Shown in pieces: positions 19,985-28,694 of a stretch of DNA of 64,000 nucleotides. The translations under genes and the position numbers were made by a program. Under the pieces are notes generated by a model. It did no database searches. It was not told the DNA's origin and saw only the letters and a list, made by a program, of their open reading frames with translations. Origin of the DNA: an uncultured Planctomycetaceae bacterium (lineage in GTDB: Bacteria; Planctomycetota; Planctomycetia; Pirellulales; UBA1268); NCBI GenBank assembly GCA_903917235.1, contig CAIWZS010000039.1, forward strand, positions 15,695 to 79,694. Direction: 5' to 3'. Positions within the stretch are counted from its first letter, which is position 1, and every line of letters begins with the position of its first letter.

Positions 19985-20182
19985 GAGGCGAAGGGGGTCG
20001 GCGAACGCTTCCCGAGCGAGCGGCCGCCGCGGCCGGAGCGAGGAGACTTTTGCCGCCCCCTGAGCCGGTGCTCCGCCGCACGAGAAGACGAGGCGAAGGG
20101 GGTCGGCGAACGCTTCCCGAGCACGCGGCCGTCGCGGCCGGAGCGAGGAGACTTTTGCCGCCCCTTGAGCCGGTGCTCCGCC
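19985..20182 (+). repeat. tandem pair of 93-nt repeat units (period 105 nt), type II member of the window's repeat family
   Basis: Units at 19985-20077 and 20090-20182 differ at 4 positions. They fill the convergent gap between the response regulator and metF. Confidence 0.9.
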
Positions 20183-21076
20183 TCAGCCCCGCACACCCCG
20201 AGAGAGCCCCACGTCCTCGAGCACGCGGACCGTCGCTGGGGACCGGTTGAGCACGTAGAAGTGGATGCCGGGCACGCCCTCCTCGATGAGCTCACGCACC
20301 TGCCGCGTCGCGAACGTCACTCCCGCCTCGAACTGCGCGACCTCGTCATCTCCGGCCGCCTCGAACGAACTCGTGAACGCCTCCGGCAGCCGCGCCTTGC
20401 ACAGCGACGCGATGCGACGGATCTGCGCGTAGTTGGTGACGGGCATCACGCCCGGCACGATCGGGGCCCGGATGCCGATGCGGTCGCAGGCGTCCCGGAA
20501 GCGCAGGAAGTCGGCGTTGTCGTAGAAGAGCTGCGTGATCACGACGTCCCCACCGGCATCGCACTTGCGTTTGAGGTTCTCCAGGTCGGCCTCGGCGCTC
20601 ACCGCTTCCTGATGCGTCTCCGGATACCCGGCCACGAGAATGCCGAAGTCCGGAAACGTCTCGCGGATGAGGGCGACGAGCTCCGCCGCGTAGCGCAGGC
20701 CCCCGTCCACGGGCGTGAAGGCCGCGGACCCTTGGGGCGGATCGCCCCGCAGGGCGACGATCGCGGACACACCATGATCGCGGGCCGCCTGCAGATAGTC
20801 GCGAAGCTCGCCCACGGTGCTGCCGACGCACGTCAGGTGGCTCGCGACTGCCACGTCGTGCCGGTCGCGCACGCCTCGGATGACATCGAGCGTCTTCGCG
20901 CGGGTCGAGCCTCCGGCGCCGTAGGTGCACGTCACGAGCGCCGGCTCCCACGCCATGAGCTCGTCGACGGTGCGCCACATCATCGCCTCCGACTCGGACG
21001 TCTTGGGCGGAAAGAGCTCGAACGACAGCCCGAATCGTCCGGACGCGTAGGCATCGTGAAGCGGCATGACGGACAC
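20183..21076 (-). CDS. metF: methylenetetrahydrofolate reductase
   Basis: 297 aa. MetF pattern present (FSFELFPPKT...TCTYGAGGSTR...HLTCVG...LRGDPP). GTG start with GGAGGA 8 nt upstream. Confidence 0.93.
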   Translation of the reverse strand: MSVMPLHDAYASGRFGLSFELFPPKTSESEAMMWRTVDELMAWEPALVTCTYGAGGSTRAKTLDVIRGVRDRHDVAVASHLTCVGSTVGELRDYLQAARDHGVSAIVALRGDPPQGSAAFTPVDGGLRYAAELVALIRETFPDFGILVAGYPETHQEAVSAEADLENLKRKCDAGGDVVITQLFYDNADFLRFRDACDRIGIRAPIVPGVMPVTNYAQIRRIASLCKARLPEAFTSSFEAAGDDEVAQFEAGVTFATRQVRELIEEGVPGIHFYVLNRSPATVRVLEDVGLSRGVRG

Positions 21077-21160
21077 GGGAAATCCTCCGTGTGGATCGGG
21101 GATGGAGCCGCGGCGAGCAGCGCCCGCCGGCCCCTGCGATCTTAGAGCGCATCTGGTTTA

Positions 21161-21300
21161 GCTGTAGCGACGACTTGGCAAACCTGGAGACGGAGGCGAG
21201 GGGTCGGCGAACGCTCGAGGAGCTTTGGGCCGCCTCGGCCCACGCGACGAGACTTTTGCCGCCCCGAAGCCGTCGCTACACCAAATCGGGATACGCCCTA
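21161..21300 (+). repeat. structured intergenic repeat element, type I, copy A
   Basis: Its 112-nt core (21166-21277) is identical to 39829-39940. It is closed by terminal inverted repeats (gcTGTAGCGACG / CGTCGCTACAcc). The 3-prime flank is also conserved up to CTAG. Confidence 0.9.
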
Positions 21301-22596
21301 GATCGCGTCCGAGTTTGGTGTAGCACCGGGTTCGCCAGCGGCCAAGGAACCTGCCCCGGCCAGTTCGGTGAGCAGCGCGAGATCGGCCGGCAGCGATGGG
21401 ATGCCGCGACGCGCCATCATGCGGGAAAGGATGGTGGCCGCCTGATCGGGCGTGGACTGGCTGCCGCCGAGGCCGCCCATGAGCATGTTGAAAAAAGGCG
21501 GCACGCGGTCGGGCACGCTGCCGCCGATCGTCGCGGCCATCCCGATGCGTGCCCCACAGGGAAGCATGGTGCCGACCTGGCTGCGCACAAGGTCGCCGAC
21601 GAGGGCCCCGAGGAACTGTCGCCCCGTGTGGACCGTCGTTCGGCTGCCATCCGGCAGCGGGTCGTGGAGGCGGACCTCGCCGTAGGTGCTCTTGAGGTTG
21701 CCGGTGATCGTGCCCGCCGCGAGATTGACCCAGCTGCCGACGTGCGAGTGTCCGACGAACCCCTCGTGCGGCTTGTTGGCAAAGGGCTCGAACACCGTCG
21801 CCTCCACCTCGCCCCCGACCCGACAGCCGCGACCGATCGAGGTGCCCGGCCGAATCCACGAATGGGGATGGATCCGCGCCTCGGGCCCGACCCACACCGG
21901 ACCGTCGAGGCAGACGAAGGGGCCGATCTCGGCTCCGGACTCGACGACGACGGGACCCCGTCGCACGACGACGAGCCGATCGACGTGGCCACCTGGTGCG
22001 ACATGAAGTCCGGGACGCTCCTCGGCATACCGGCCTGCGTCGATACGTGCCGCGAGGTCATCCTCGATCGCTCGCTCGTGCTCGGTCACGACGTCATGCG
22101 GATCGACGAGCAGACGGATCTCCTCTCCCTGCTCCGTGGCCTCCCTTCCGGCGAGGGCGTGGGCCGCATCCGACCGGCGCTCGAGAAGCGCCTGCACGAG
22201 ATCGCCGTCGGCGGCCGAGGCGGGCAGGACGAGCGCGGCGGCGACGACGCCGTCCGCCGTCACCACCGTGGATCGTCCGGCGGCGATGAGCGAGCGGAGG
22301 AGCGCGAGATGTCGTGCTGTCGGCACGAGCCGCGCGTTGACGGCCAGCACCGGCGCGTCCTGAAGCGATTCGACGTGCGTGTGCCACGGCGGCAACCCCC
22401 ACAGCGTCACGCCACGCGACCGGCTCGAGGACGCGTGGGCTGCGAACGGGCGGCGCGGCACGGGTCTCACGACTCCGAGTGTGTCGAGCATGCCGACGAG
22501 GGTCGTCGTGCCGATCGTGAGCGCGCACGCTGGGCGGGCGGCCACGAGCACACCGAGCCGCTCGACGGCGTGATCCTCGAAGATGACGACGTGCAT
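21298..22596 (-). CDS. putative sugar nucleotidyltransferase with a C-terminal left-handed beta-helix (GlmU/RfbA-like)
   Basis: Track ORF 21298..22728 trimmed to the ATG at 22596 (MHVVIFEDHAVERL...). Hexapeptide-like repeats occupy the C-terminal half (VGPEARIHPHSWIRPGTSIGRGCRVGGEVE...VGSWVNLAAGTITGN). Confidence 0.75.
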   Translation of the reverse strand: MHVVIFEDHAVERLGVLVAARPACALTIGTTTLVGMLDTLGVVRPVPRRPFAAHASSSRSRGVTLWGLPPWHTHVESLQDAPVLAVNARLVPTARHLALLRSLIAAGRSTVVTADGVVAAALVLPASAADGDLVQALLERRSDAAHALAGREATEQGEEIRLLVDPHDVVTEHERAIEDDLAARIDAGRYAEERPGLHVAPGGHVDRLVVVRRGPVVVESGAEIGPFVCLDGPVWVGPEARIHPHSWIRPGTSIGRGCRVGGEVEATVFEPFANKPHEGFVGHSHVGSWVNLAAGTITGNLKSTYGEVRLHDPLPDGSRTTVHTGRQFLGALVGDLVRSQVGTMLPCGARIGMAATIGGSVPDRVPPFFNMLMGGLGGSQSTPDQAATILSRMMARRGIPSLPADLALLTELAGAGSLAAGEPGATPNSDAI

Positions 22597-22716
22597 CGAT
22601 GGCCCGGGATCAAGTGCCTGGGAAGGTTGGAAACCGCCGGTGCGGGCGACACGGTCCCAGCCGTGCGAGCCCGCGAGTGTTCTCTCGGAGAGGGTCTCGG
22701 CAGAGCGGATCCGTCG

Positions 22717-22770
22717 TTGGTGTAGCACCGGCGCCGGGGGGACGGCAAAAATCTCCGCGTTCCGACGGCG
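22717..22770 (-). repeat. partial, inverted copy of the repeat family's 3-prime module
   Basis: The reverse complement reads GGAGATTTTTGCCGTCCCCCCGGCGCCGGTGCTACACCAA. The type II 3-prime end reads GGAGACTTTTGCCGCCCCCTGAGCCGGTGCTCCGCC. Confidence 0.7.
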
Positions 22771-22888
22771 GCGCGGTCGTGCCTGCGTTGTCGAATCACG
22801 CGACCGTCGGGCACCGCGTGCGGGCGCACCTGGAACACTGGTAAACGAGTCGTCTTCCGCGTACGTTGCCTCCCAGGGAATCGATCGC

Positions 22889-22971
22889 GCCGGAGTGGCG
22901 GAATGGCAGACGCGGCGGACTCAAAATCCGTTGCCCGCAAGGGCGTGTGGGTTCAAGTCCCACCTCCGGCA
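22889..22971 (+). tRNA. tRNA-Leu (anticodon CAA)
   Basis: Cloverleaf read by eye: acceptor GCCGGAG/CTCCGGC, anticodon loop CTCAAAA, long variable arm, T-loop GTGGGTTCAAGTCCCAC. CCA is not encoded. Confidence 0.9.
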
Positions 22972-22996
22972 TTGCCCGCGGTGGACGGCCGACGGT

Positions 22997-23677
22997 TCAC
23001 CCGGCGGCCTTCTCCTTCCGCCCGATGAAGAGGCAGGCACTCGATCCGCTCCCGACGTGGAGCGGGGCCCGCTCGGTGATCACGGCGAAGCCGCTGCGGC
23101 GCAGGCGTTCCTCGAAGGCCGGGTCGCCGGCGGCCGACCAGATGGCCAGAAGGCCGTCGGGCCGCAGCGATGCATGGAGACGGGCGAGCCCCGGCGCGGT
23201 GTAGAGCCGCGCGTTCTCCGTGGTGGTCAGGCCCGCGGCACCATTGTCGACATCGAGGATCACGGCATCGAAGAAGCCACGCCGTCGCCCGACCACGTCG
23301 GCCACATCGCCGAGAACGGTCTCGACCCTCGGATCATCGAGCAGGACGCCGGCCAGGCCGTAGTCCGGCTTCCGATTCCACGACACCACCTCGGGCATGA
23401 TCTCGACGACGGTCACGGTGGCATCCGGACGCAGGGAGCCGAGCGCGGCCCGCAGGGTGTAGCCAAAACCCAGGCCGCCGATCAGCACCCGGGCCGAGCG
23501 TGCGTGCTCGAGTGGCTCACAGGCGCGTCGCGCGAGCTGCTCCTCGGAATGGTGCTGCCGCGTGGTCATCAGCTCGACGCCCGCCACGCGGATCGTGTAC
23601 GAGCCGTCGTGCTCGGAGAGCGTCATCAGCCGGCCGTCCGGCGTGAGGGCCTGTTCGCGAAGGATCGAGGGCTTCAT
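22997..23677 (-). CDS. spermidine synthase-like SAM-dependent methyltransferase-fold protein
   Basis: 226 aa. SAM-binding motif VLIGGLGFGYT and acidic loop VVEI are present, followed by DAVILDVD. This is typical of short SpeE-like proteins. Confidence 0.75.
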   Translation of the reverse strand: MKPSILREQALTPDGRLMTLSEHDGSYTIRVAGVELMTTRQHHSEEQLARRACEPLEHARSARVLIGGLGFGYTLRAALGSLRPDATVTVVEIMPEVVSWNRKPDYGLAGVLLDDPRVETVLGDVADVVGRRRGFFDAVILDVDNGAAGLTTTENARLYTAPGLARLHASLRPDGLLAIWSAAGDPAFEERLRRSGFAVITERAPLHVGSGSSACLFIGRKEKAAG

Positions 23678-23782
23678 GGAATGGACCAGCTCCCGAAAAT
23701 CCCGACGTCGTCTTGCTCGCGCTCGAGGCTTCCCGACCCCAGGATCGTCGACCGTTCGTGCTTGCTGCGAGCGAGGCCGTGG

Positions 23783-26518
23783 TCAGTCGATCGGAAGAAA
23801 GGCCCAGAGCGCGGGGCGACCGCAGTTGCAGTGCACGGCCCTCCCGAGGAGGCCGAGCCCAGCCGCGCTCAGGTACACCGCGGAGCGCGCGGCATCCCAG
23901 CAGCCGGTCGCTCCCGTGGCCCGGGGCCCGTGGATCCGCGACTCGACGCTGGGCACCGGGTGGAAGATGGTCTCGATCCACGGACCGCGTGACCGCTCGC
24001 GATCCTGAAACTGGTCGAGCAGTTCGATCGCGCGCACGAGGACGTCGCGACGACAGCCGGCTGCGATCAGGCTGCGATCGATGTCGGCCACCCCGCGTCG
24101 GCTCGGCGTGGGCAGCGTGAGCAGGCCGACGAACGACCAGAGCGTGAACGCGAGGCTGAAGACCACGATCCCCTCCGCGGTCGCGAGCCGTCGCTCGCCG
24201 ACGACCGAGGCCGCCAGCGCCACGCCCGCGAGCGTGAAGGCGAGCGCCAGCAGGCGGCCCCGCCACCATTCACCGGTCTGCACGGCCATCTGTCGGCGCC
24301 GCACCGCCACGGCGAACGCCTCCGGGTCGAGGACCTCGCGCCACCGGAGCGGCACGAGGTGAAGCGACGGGCGCACCACACCGGCGATCCCGCCGGTGAA
24401 GCCCTCGTCGTCCGATTCCACGATCGTGGCGGGCAGCATCGGAGCGTGTGGGTCGGAGGCCGTCGCGGGCAGGCTCGGGGTCAGTTCGAGCGGCGCGAGG
24501 GCCTTCGCGACCGCGATCCGTCCCTGAAGGAGCGCGAGCATCACGAGCCCCGCGGCGGCGATCACCCCGGGCACGCCCCAGGACCGTCCGGCCAGGAGCA
24601 GGACGACCGCCACCAGCATGAGCATCGCGGCATGAACCAGCACACCCCGCGCGAGCAGCGCGACAAACATGAGCAGCGATGGATGCCTGCGGCCGTACGA
24701 GCGCGGCAGGAGGTATCCACCACAGAGATCGAAGGGAAGATGGATGAGGAGGTAGGCCAGCACGAACGAGCCGAGCGCAGCCACCTCGGCCCCGAGCGAC
24801 CCGGCCGCGGGCAGCAGTCGGGCGGGCAGTCCGAGCGCGAGCCCGGCGGTCGCGAGCGCGACGATCGTGCCCACACCACTCACGCCCAGCCAAAGCCGCG
24901 CCCTCCCGTACCCGGGTGCGGTCTCGAGGGGCGGGACGGCCTCCGGGGACGTCGCATGCAGCCGATGCATCGCTTCAGCCGTCTTGCGGATGCCGCGCAG
25001 CATCCCGCCGAACACGATCTCGTGCAGGGGCACGACGGCATACCAGTAGAGGAGCCCGAAGAGGCCGCGCGGTCGGAAGCGGGCCGTCATGACCAGCCGG
25101 GTGAGAGGTCGGGGCGGCGGGAGGGGCGTGACGGATCCGGTCGGATCGGCCACGCGCCCGGCGGAGACGTCGCGGTCGCCGTCGAGCGTGTCGATGCGGA
25201 AATCGAGCTGGGCCTCGCCGGGCATCCTCATCTCGGCCCTCAGCGCCAGCGCGCGATTGCGTTCGATTCCGACCACCCTCCAGAAGTCGAGCGTCTCGCC
25301 AAACTCCACGGTCTCGGAGTCGCGACGTCCGCGCCGCAGTCCGGGACCGCCGAGGAGCGTGTCCATCCATCCGCGCAGCCGCCAGAGCAGGTCGCCCGCA
25401 TACCATCCGTTGCCGCCACCGATCCTGCAGATCGCCGCGTACACGCTCGCCGGATCGGCCTCGATGTCCACGGTGCGTTCGTCCGTGAACACCGTGCCGC
25501 CGGCCCACACCGGATCACCTGGCACCGGCCCCGCGACACTCCAGCGGGTCTCGACGGCATGCCGGTCGATCTTGGCCAGCGCGCGGCGGATCGCCTCACG
25601 GATCGAGAGCGCGTCGTGAGGCATGAGCCGCTGCGTGGTGTCGTCCGACACGACGACGCGGTTCTTGAGTCCTTCGGCAAGCGGCCGCGCGATGCGGTAG
25701 GAGACGGGGGTGACGATGTTGATCCACAGCGAGCTGAGCCGCGGCGTGAGCACCGGCACGGGAATGATGACCCGGCGTGGCAGGCCGAGTTCCTCCGCCA
25801 TCACCCGCATCAGGTCCCGGTACGGCATCACGTCGGAGCCGCCGATCTCGAGCGTCCGCCCGACGGTCTCGGGCACCGCGAGGCAGCGGACCAGCCAATG
25901 GAGCACGTCGGCGATGGCGACCGGCTGGCAGGCGGTGGTGACCCACCGCGGCGTCACCATGATCGGCAGCCGCTCGACGAGGTAGCGCAGGATCTCGAAC
26001 GACGCCGAACCCGAGCCGATGATCATCGCCGCCCGGAAGGTGGTCACGGGCACGCCCGTCGCGGCGAGTTCCTGCTCGACCTGCCGCCGCGAGCGCAGGT
26101 GCTCGCTGAGATCCGCCCCCATTTCGCCGAGACCGCCGAGGTAGATGATGCGGGGCAGTCCGGCATCGCTGGCGGCGGCCGCGAACGCGGCTGCGAGCTG
26201 CCGATCCTTGTCGGCATACGCGCCGGCGGTGGCCACCATGGAGTGGACGAGGTAGTAGGCCGCCCGGCACCCGCGGAGCGCGTGCGCCACGGCCGCGCGG
26301 TCGCCGAGGTCGCCGGCGATCACCTCGACGCGCGGATCATGCCGCCAGGGTCGGGCATCGAGCTTGCGTGGCTCCCGCACCAGACAGCGCACGCGGTAGC
26401 CCGCCGTGAGCAGCGCTGGCACCAGCCTCCCGCCGACGTAGCCCGTGGCACCGGTCACGAGCACGGGCTCGTCCGCATCGAGCGACGAAGTGGCCGGTTC
26501 GTTCATGGGGCCGAGCAT
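23783..26518 (-). CDS. SDR/NmrA-like NAD(P)-binding domain + DUF2867-like domain fused to a roughly 400-aa polytopic membrane domain
   Basis: Continuous 911-aa ORF. N-terminus VLVTGATGYVGGRL. The middle region (WYAGDLLWRLRGWMDTLLGGPGLRRGRRD...GETLDFWRV) matches the DUF2867 pattern as I remember it. The C-terminal half has at least 6 hydrophobic segments and no family I recognise. Confidence 0.8.
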   Translation of the reverse strand: MLGPMNEPATSSLDADEPVLVTGATGYVGGRLVPALLTAGYRVRCLVREPRKLDARPWRHDPRVEVIAGDLGDRAAVAHALRGCRAAYYLVHSMVATAGAYADKDRQLAAAFAAAASDAGLPRIIYLGGLGEMGADLSEHLRSRRQVEQELAATGVPVTTFRAAMIIGSGSASFEILRYLVERLPIMVTPRWVTTACQPVAIADVLHWLVRCLAVPETVGRTLEIGGSDVMPYRDLMRVMAEELGLPRRVIIPVPVLTPRLSSLWINIVTPVSYRIARPLAEGLKNRVVVSDDTTQRLMPHDALSIREAIRRALAKIDRHAVETRWSVAGPVPGDPVWAGGTVFTDERTVDIEADPASVYAAICRIGGGNGWYAGDLLWRLRGWMDTLLGGPGLRRGRRDSETVEFGETLDFWRVVGIERNRALALRAEMRMPGEAQLDFRIDTLDGDRDVSAGRVADPTGSVTPLPPPRPLTRLVMTARFRPRGLFGLLYWYAVVPLHEIVFGGMLRGIRKTAEAMHRLHATSPEAVPPLETAPGYGRARLWLGVSGVGTIVALATAGLALGLPARLLPAAGSLGAEVAALGSFVLAYLLIHLPFDLCGGYLLPRSYGRRHPSLLMFVALLARGVLVHAAMLMLVAVVLLLAGRSWGVPGVIAAAGLVMLALLQGRIAVAKALAPLELTPSLPATASDPHAPMLPATIVESDDEGFTGGIAGVVRPSLHLVPLRWREVLDPEAFAVAVRRRQMAVQTGEWWRGRLLALAFTLAGVALAASVVGERRLATAEGIVVFSLAFTLWSFVGLLTLPTPSRRGVADIDRSLIAAGCRRDVLVRAIELLDQFQDRERSRGPWIETIFHPVPSVESRIHGPRATGATGCWDAARSAVYLSAAGLGLLGRAVHCNCGRPALWAFLPID

Positions 26519-26605
26519 GGATGACGCGCGATGGCCTCACGCCGCGCGTGACCCCAGCCCGACGTCGCGCATGGTTTTGTCACCGACTCCCGCATGGACC
26601 AGAAA

Positions 26606-26678
26606 AGCGGGCGACCGGACTCGAACCGGCGACATCCAGCTTGGGAAGCTAGCGCTCTACCAACTGAGCTACGCCCGC
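26606..26678 (-). tRNA. tRNA-Gly (anticodon CCC)
   Basis: The reverse complement is GCGGGCGTAGCTCAGTTGGTAGAGCGCTAGCTTCCCAAGCTGGATGTCGCCGGTTCGAGTCCGGTCGCCCGCT, with anticodon loop TTCCCAA. Confidence 0.92.
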
Positions 26679-26908
26679 AGTGTGCGACAGTCTAACGGCG
26701 CGCGGAGCGGGTCACCGAAAAGCGTGTCCCCGACGCCCCAATCGGCCGGGAGTCGACACGCCTCCTTTGGTTTCCGAGACCGGCACGGCTTCGACGGTCG
26801 CGGCGGCGTAGAATCGGTCCTCATCGCCAGGTCGTGGGGCCCGCGGCCCGGGCGATGCCGACGACGTCCGATGGGCGAACGGCCCGGAGGTTTCCCGTGG
26901 GGGCCCAG

Positions 26909-28534
26909 ATGCAGGCGCGCATGGCAGACGAGATTTCCACGATCGAGCCTGCCGTACCGGCCGCCGGGGCGGTACGCGGATGGTTTCCTTCGGCGCTCAG
27001 GCTTCTCCTCGCCACGGGGGCGGCCGTCGCACTCGTGGGGCTCGGCGCCGTACCGCTCCTTCTGTCCGACCCGGGGCGGCTGTCGCGACTCGTGGCGGCG
27101 GCGGTGCCGGGGCTCGATGCCGACGTCACCTTCGGCAAGGCACGGGTCGGGTGGCTGGGGCCGCTCATCCTCGAGGACGTGCGGGTCGTTCCCAGAAACG
27201 GCGCCGTCGAGCCGCTCCGAATCACCCGCATCGAGGGGAGTCATGGCCTCCTGGCGATGCTGCTCTCATGGGGCGACGTGGGTCGCATGCGGCTCGTCGG
27301 CGTCGAGGGACACCTCGCGTTCGACGAGCAGAGGCGCTCGAACCTGGTCGATCTCGTCGTGCCGCGGGAGAACGCCGGCGCGTCCCCCGCAGCCGGGCCG
27401 AGGCGCTCGGCGGTGCGCGTGCGGCTGGAGGCGGACGATGCCGTGCTGCGGATCACGGGCCCGTGGACGGCCGAATCCTGGGTCAGCGAGCCGATCCGGC
27501 TCCGGGCACGGCTGGCTCACGATGATGACGCCGCCACGAGCGCGTGGACGATCGAACCGGTGGAGGTGTTCACCGACGCGCGGATGGAGCCGGGCGTCGC
27601 GCAGGGTGTGCTGGCGTACGTCGCCCCGGTGCTCGCCGATGCGACGCGCACTGCAGGCCGTTTCTCGCTCCGAATCGACGGCGCGACGTTCCCGGTGGGA
27701 GACCCGGGCGGCGCGACGCTGGCCGGGAAGCTCGCGATGCACGAGGTGGTGCTCGGGCCGGGGCCGCTGGTGGTGGGCGTGTTCGCGGCCCTGCCCGGAC
27801 GGCTTCCCGCACCGCCCACGGTGCGCATCGCCGACGAGTCACACGTCACCTTCCGCCTCGAGAACGAGCGCATGTGGCACGACGGCCTCGAATTCGGCGT
27901 GCCGCTCGCGAAGCCGGGGCAGCGGCTCGACGTGGCATCGAGGGGCTGGGTGAGTCTGCGCGACGGGGCCATGGACCTCACGCTCAGCCTGCCGATCCCG
28001 GCCGACCTGCCACAGGATCGACCGCTCATCGCGGCCCTTGCCGGCAAGACGATCTCCGTCGGCATTGGGGGCGAACTGGGGAAGCCGCGGGTCAACTTCG
28101 ACGGATCGATCCGGGCAACGGCCGGGGAGTTCGTCGCCGATCTTCTGGACCGGCTGCGAGCCGATGCGGCGGGGGGATCCGGGCCCCGCGCTCCGGGTGC
28201 GCCGCGACCGTTCCCCGCCCCGCGCCCGCCGACCGGGTCGCGGGAGAATCCCGAGGCGGAAGCCCCCTCTGGACGAGAGGCCGCAACCCCGGACGCAGCG
28301 GCACCAACGACACAGCCAACCCCGAACGGGCCCCAGGCGGGAGACGTGATCGACCTGGTCGGTGGGGTGCTCGACGAGGTGGCCCGTCGCCGGGCGGAAC
28401 GTCGGGCGGCCGCCGCAAATAGTGAAGGGGCCACTGAGCCTGCCCGTCCGGGAGGACTCCTCCGGGGCAGGTTTCGGAAACTGGTCCCGGTCCCGACACC
28501 ACCCGCGGCGACGCCCGAGCCTCCCGCCGAGTGA
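26909..28534 (+). CDS. hypothetical membrane-anchored protein (AsmA/TamB-like feel) with a Pro/Ala-rich C-terminus
   Basis: It has an N-terminal TM anchor (LRLLLATGAAVALVGLGAVPLLL) followed by a long beta-rich region. The ORF opens at GTG 26834. ATGs at 26909 and 26921 are alternative starts. The family call is weak. Confidence 0.6.
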   Translation: MQARMADEISTIEPAVPAAGAVRGWFPSALRLLLATGAAVALVGLGAVPLLLSDPGRLSRLVAAAVPGLDADVTFGKARVGWLGPLILEDVRVVPRNGAVEPLRITRIEGSHGLLAMLLSWGDVGRMRLVGVEGHLAFDEQRRSNLVDLVVPRENAGASPAAGPRRSAVRVRLEADDAVLRITGPWTAESWVSEPIRLRARLAHDDDAATSAWTIEPVEVFTDARMEPGVAQGVLAYVAPVLADATRTAGRFSLRIDGATFPVGDPGGATLAGKLAMHEVVLGPGPLVVGVFAALPGRLPAPPTVRIADESHVTFRLENERMWHDGLEFGVPLAKPGQRLDVASRGWVSLRDGAMDLTLSLPIPADLPQDRPLIAALAGKTISVGIGGELGKPRVNFDGSIRATAGEFVADLLDRLRADAAGGSGPRAPGAPRPFPAPRPPTGSRENPEAEAPSGREAATPDAAAPTTQPTPNGPQAGDVIDLVGGVLDEVARRRAERRAAAANSEGATEPARPGGLLRGRFRKLVPVPTPPAATPEPPAE

Positions 28535-28604
28535 TCGCAAAACTCACCGCGTGATCGGCCGAGCCGGCTGCTGCATGGGCCAGCGGACGGGACGGCGGGC
28601 CATG

Positions 28605-28644
28605 AAAAAAGCCGGGCCTCCCGAAGGAGGCCCGGCTCGTTTCG
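28605..28644. terminator. bidirectional rho-independent terminator
   Basis: AAAAAA-GCCGGGCCTCC-CGAA-GGAGGCCCGGC-TCGTTTCG: an 11-bp GC stem with a tetraloop. The A6 run gives a U-tract for the minus-strand Cys/His-rich gene. The T-rich tail on the plus side is weaker. Confidence 0.8.
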
Positions 28645-28694
28645 TAGCATCGATGCCTGACCTGACGCGAGCCGCGGCTGGCGGCGTACGTCGA

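Noticed and set aside
19985-20182. Possible CRISPR array
   Set aside because: There are only two 93-nt units joined by a 12-nt linker. There are no unique spacers of spacer length and no cas genes in the window. The units belong to the dispersed repeat family.
24359-26524. 721-aa plus-strand ORF
   Set aside because: It is antisense to the SDR-DUF2867-membrane fusion gene and has a non-protein-like composition.
22889-26678. Possible genomic island bounded by tRNA-Leu(CAA) and tRNA-Gly(CCC)
   Set aside because: There is no integrase or recombinase. I could see no direct repeat of a tRNA 3-prime end. The composition and codon style look the same as the surroundings.
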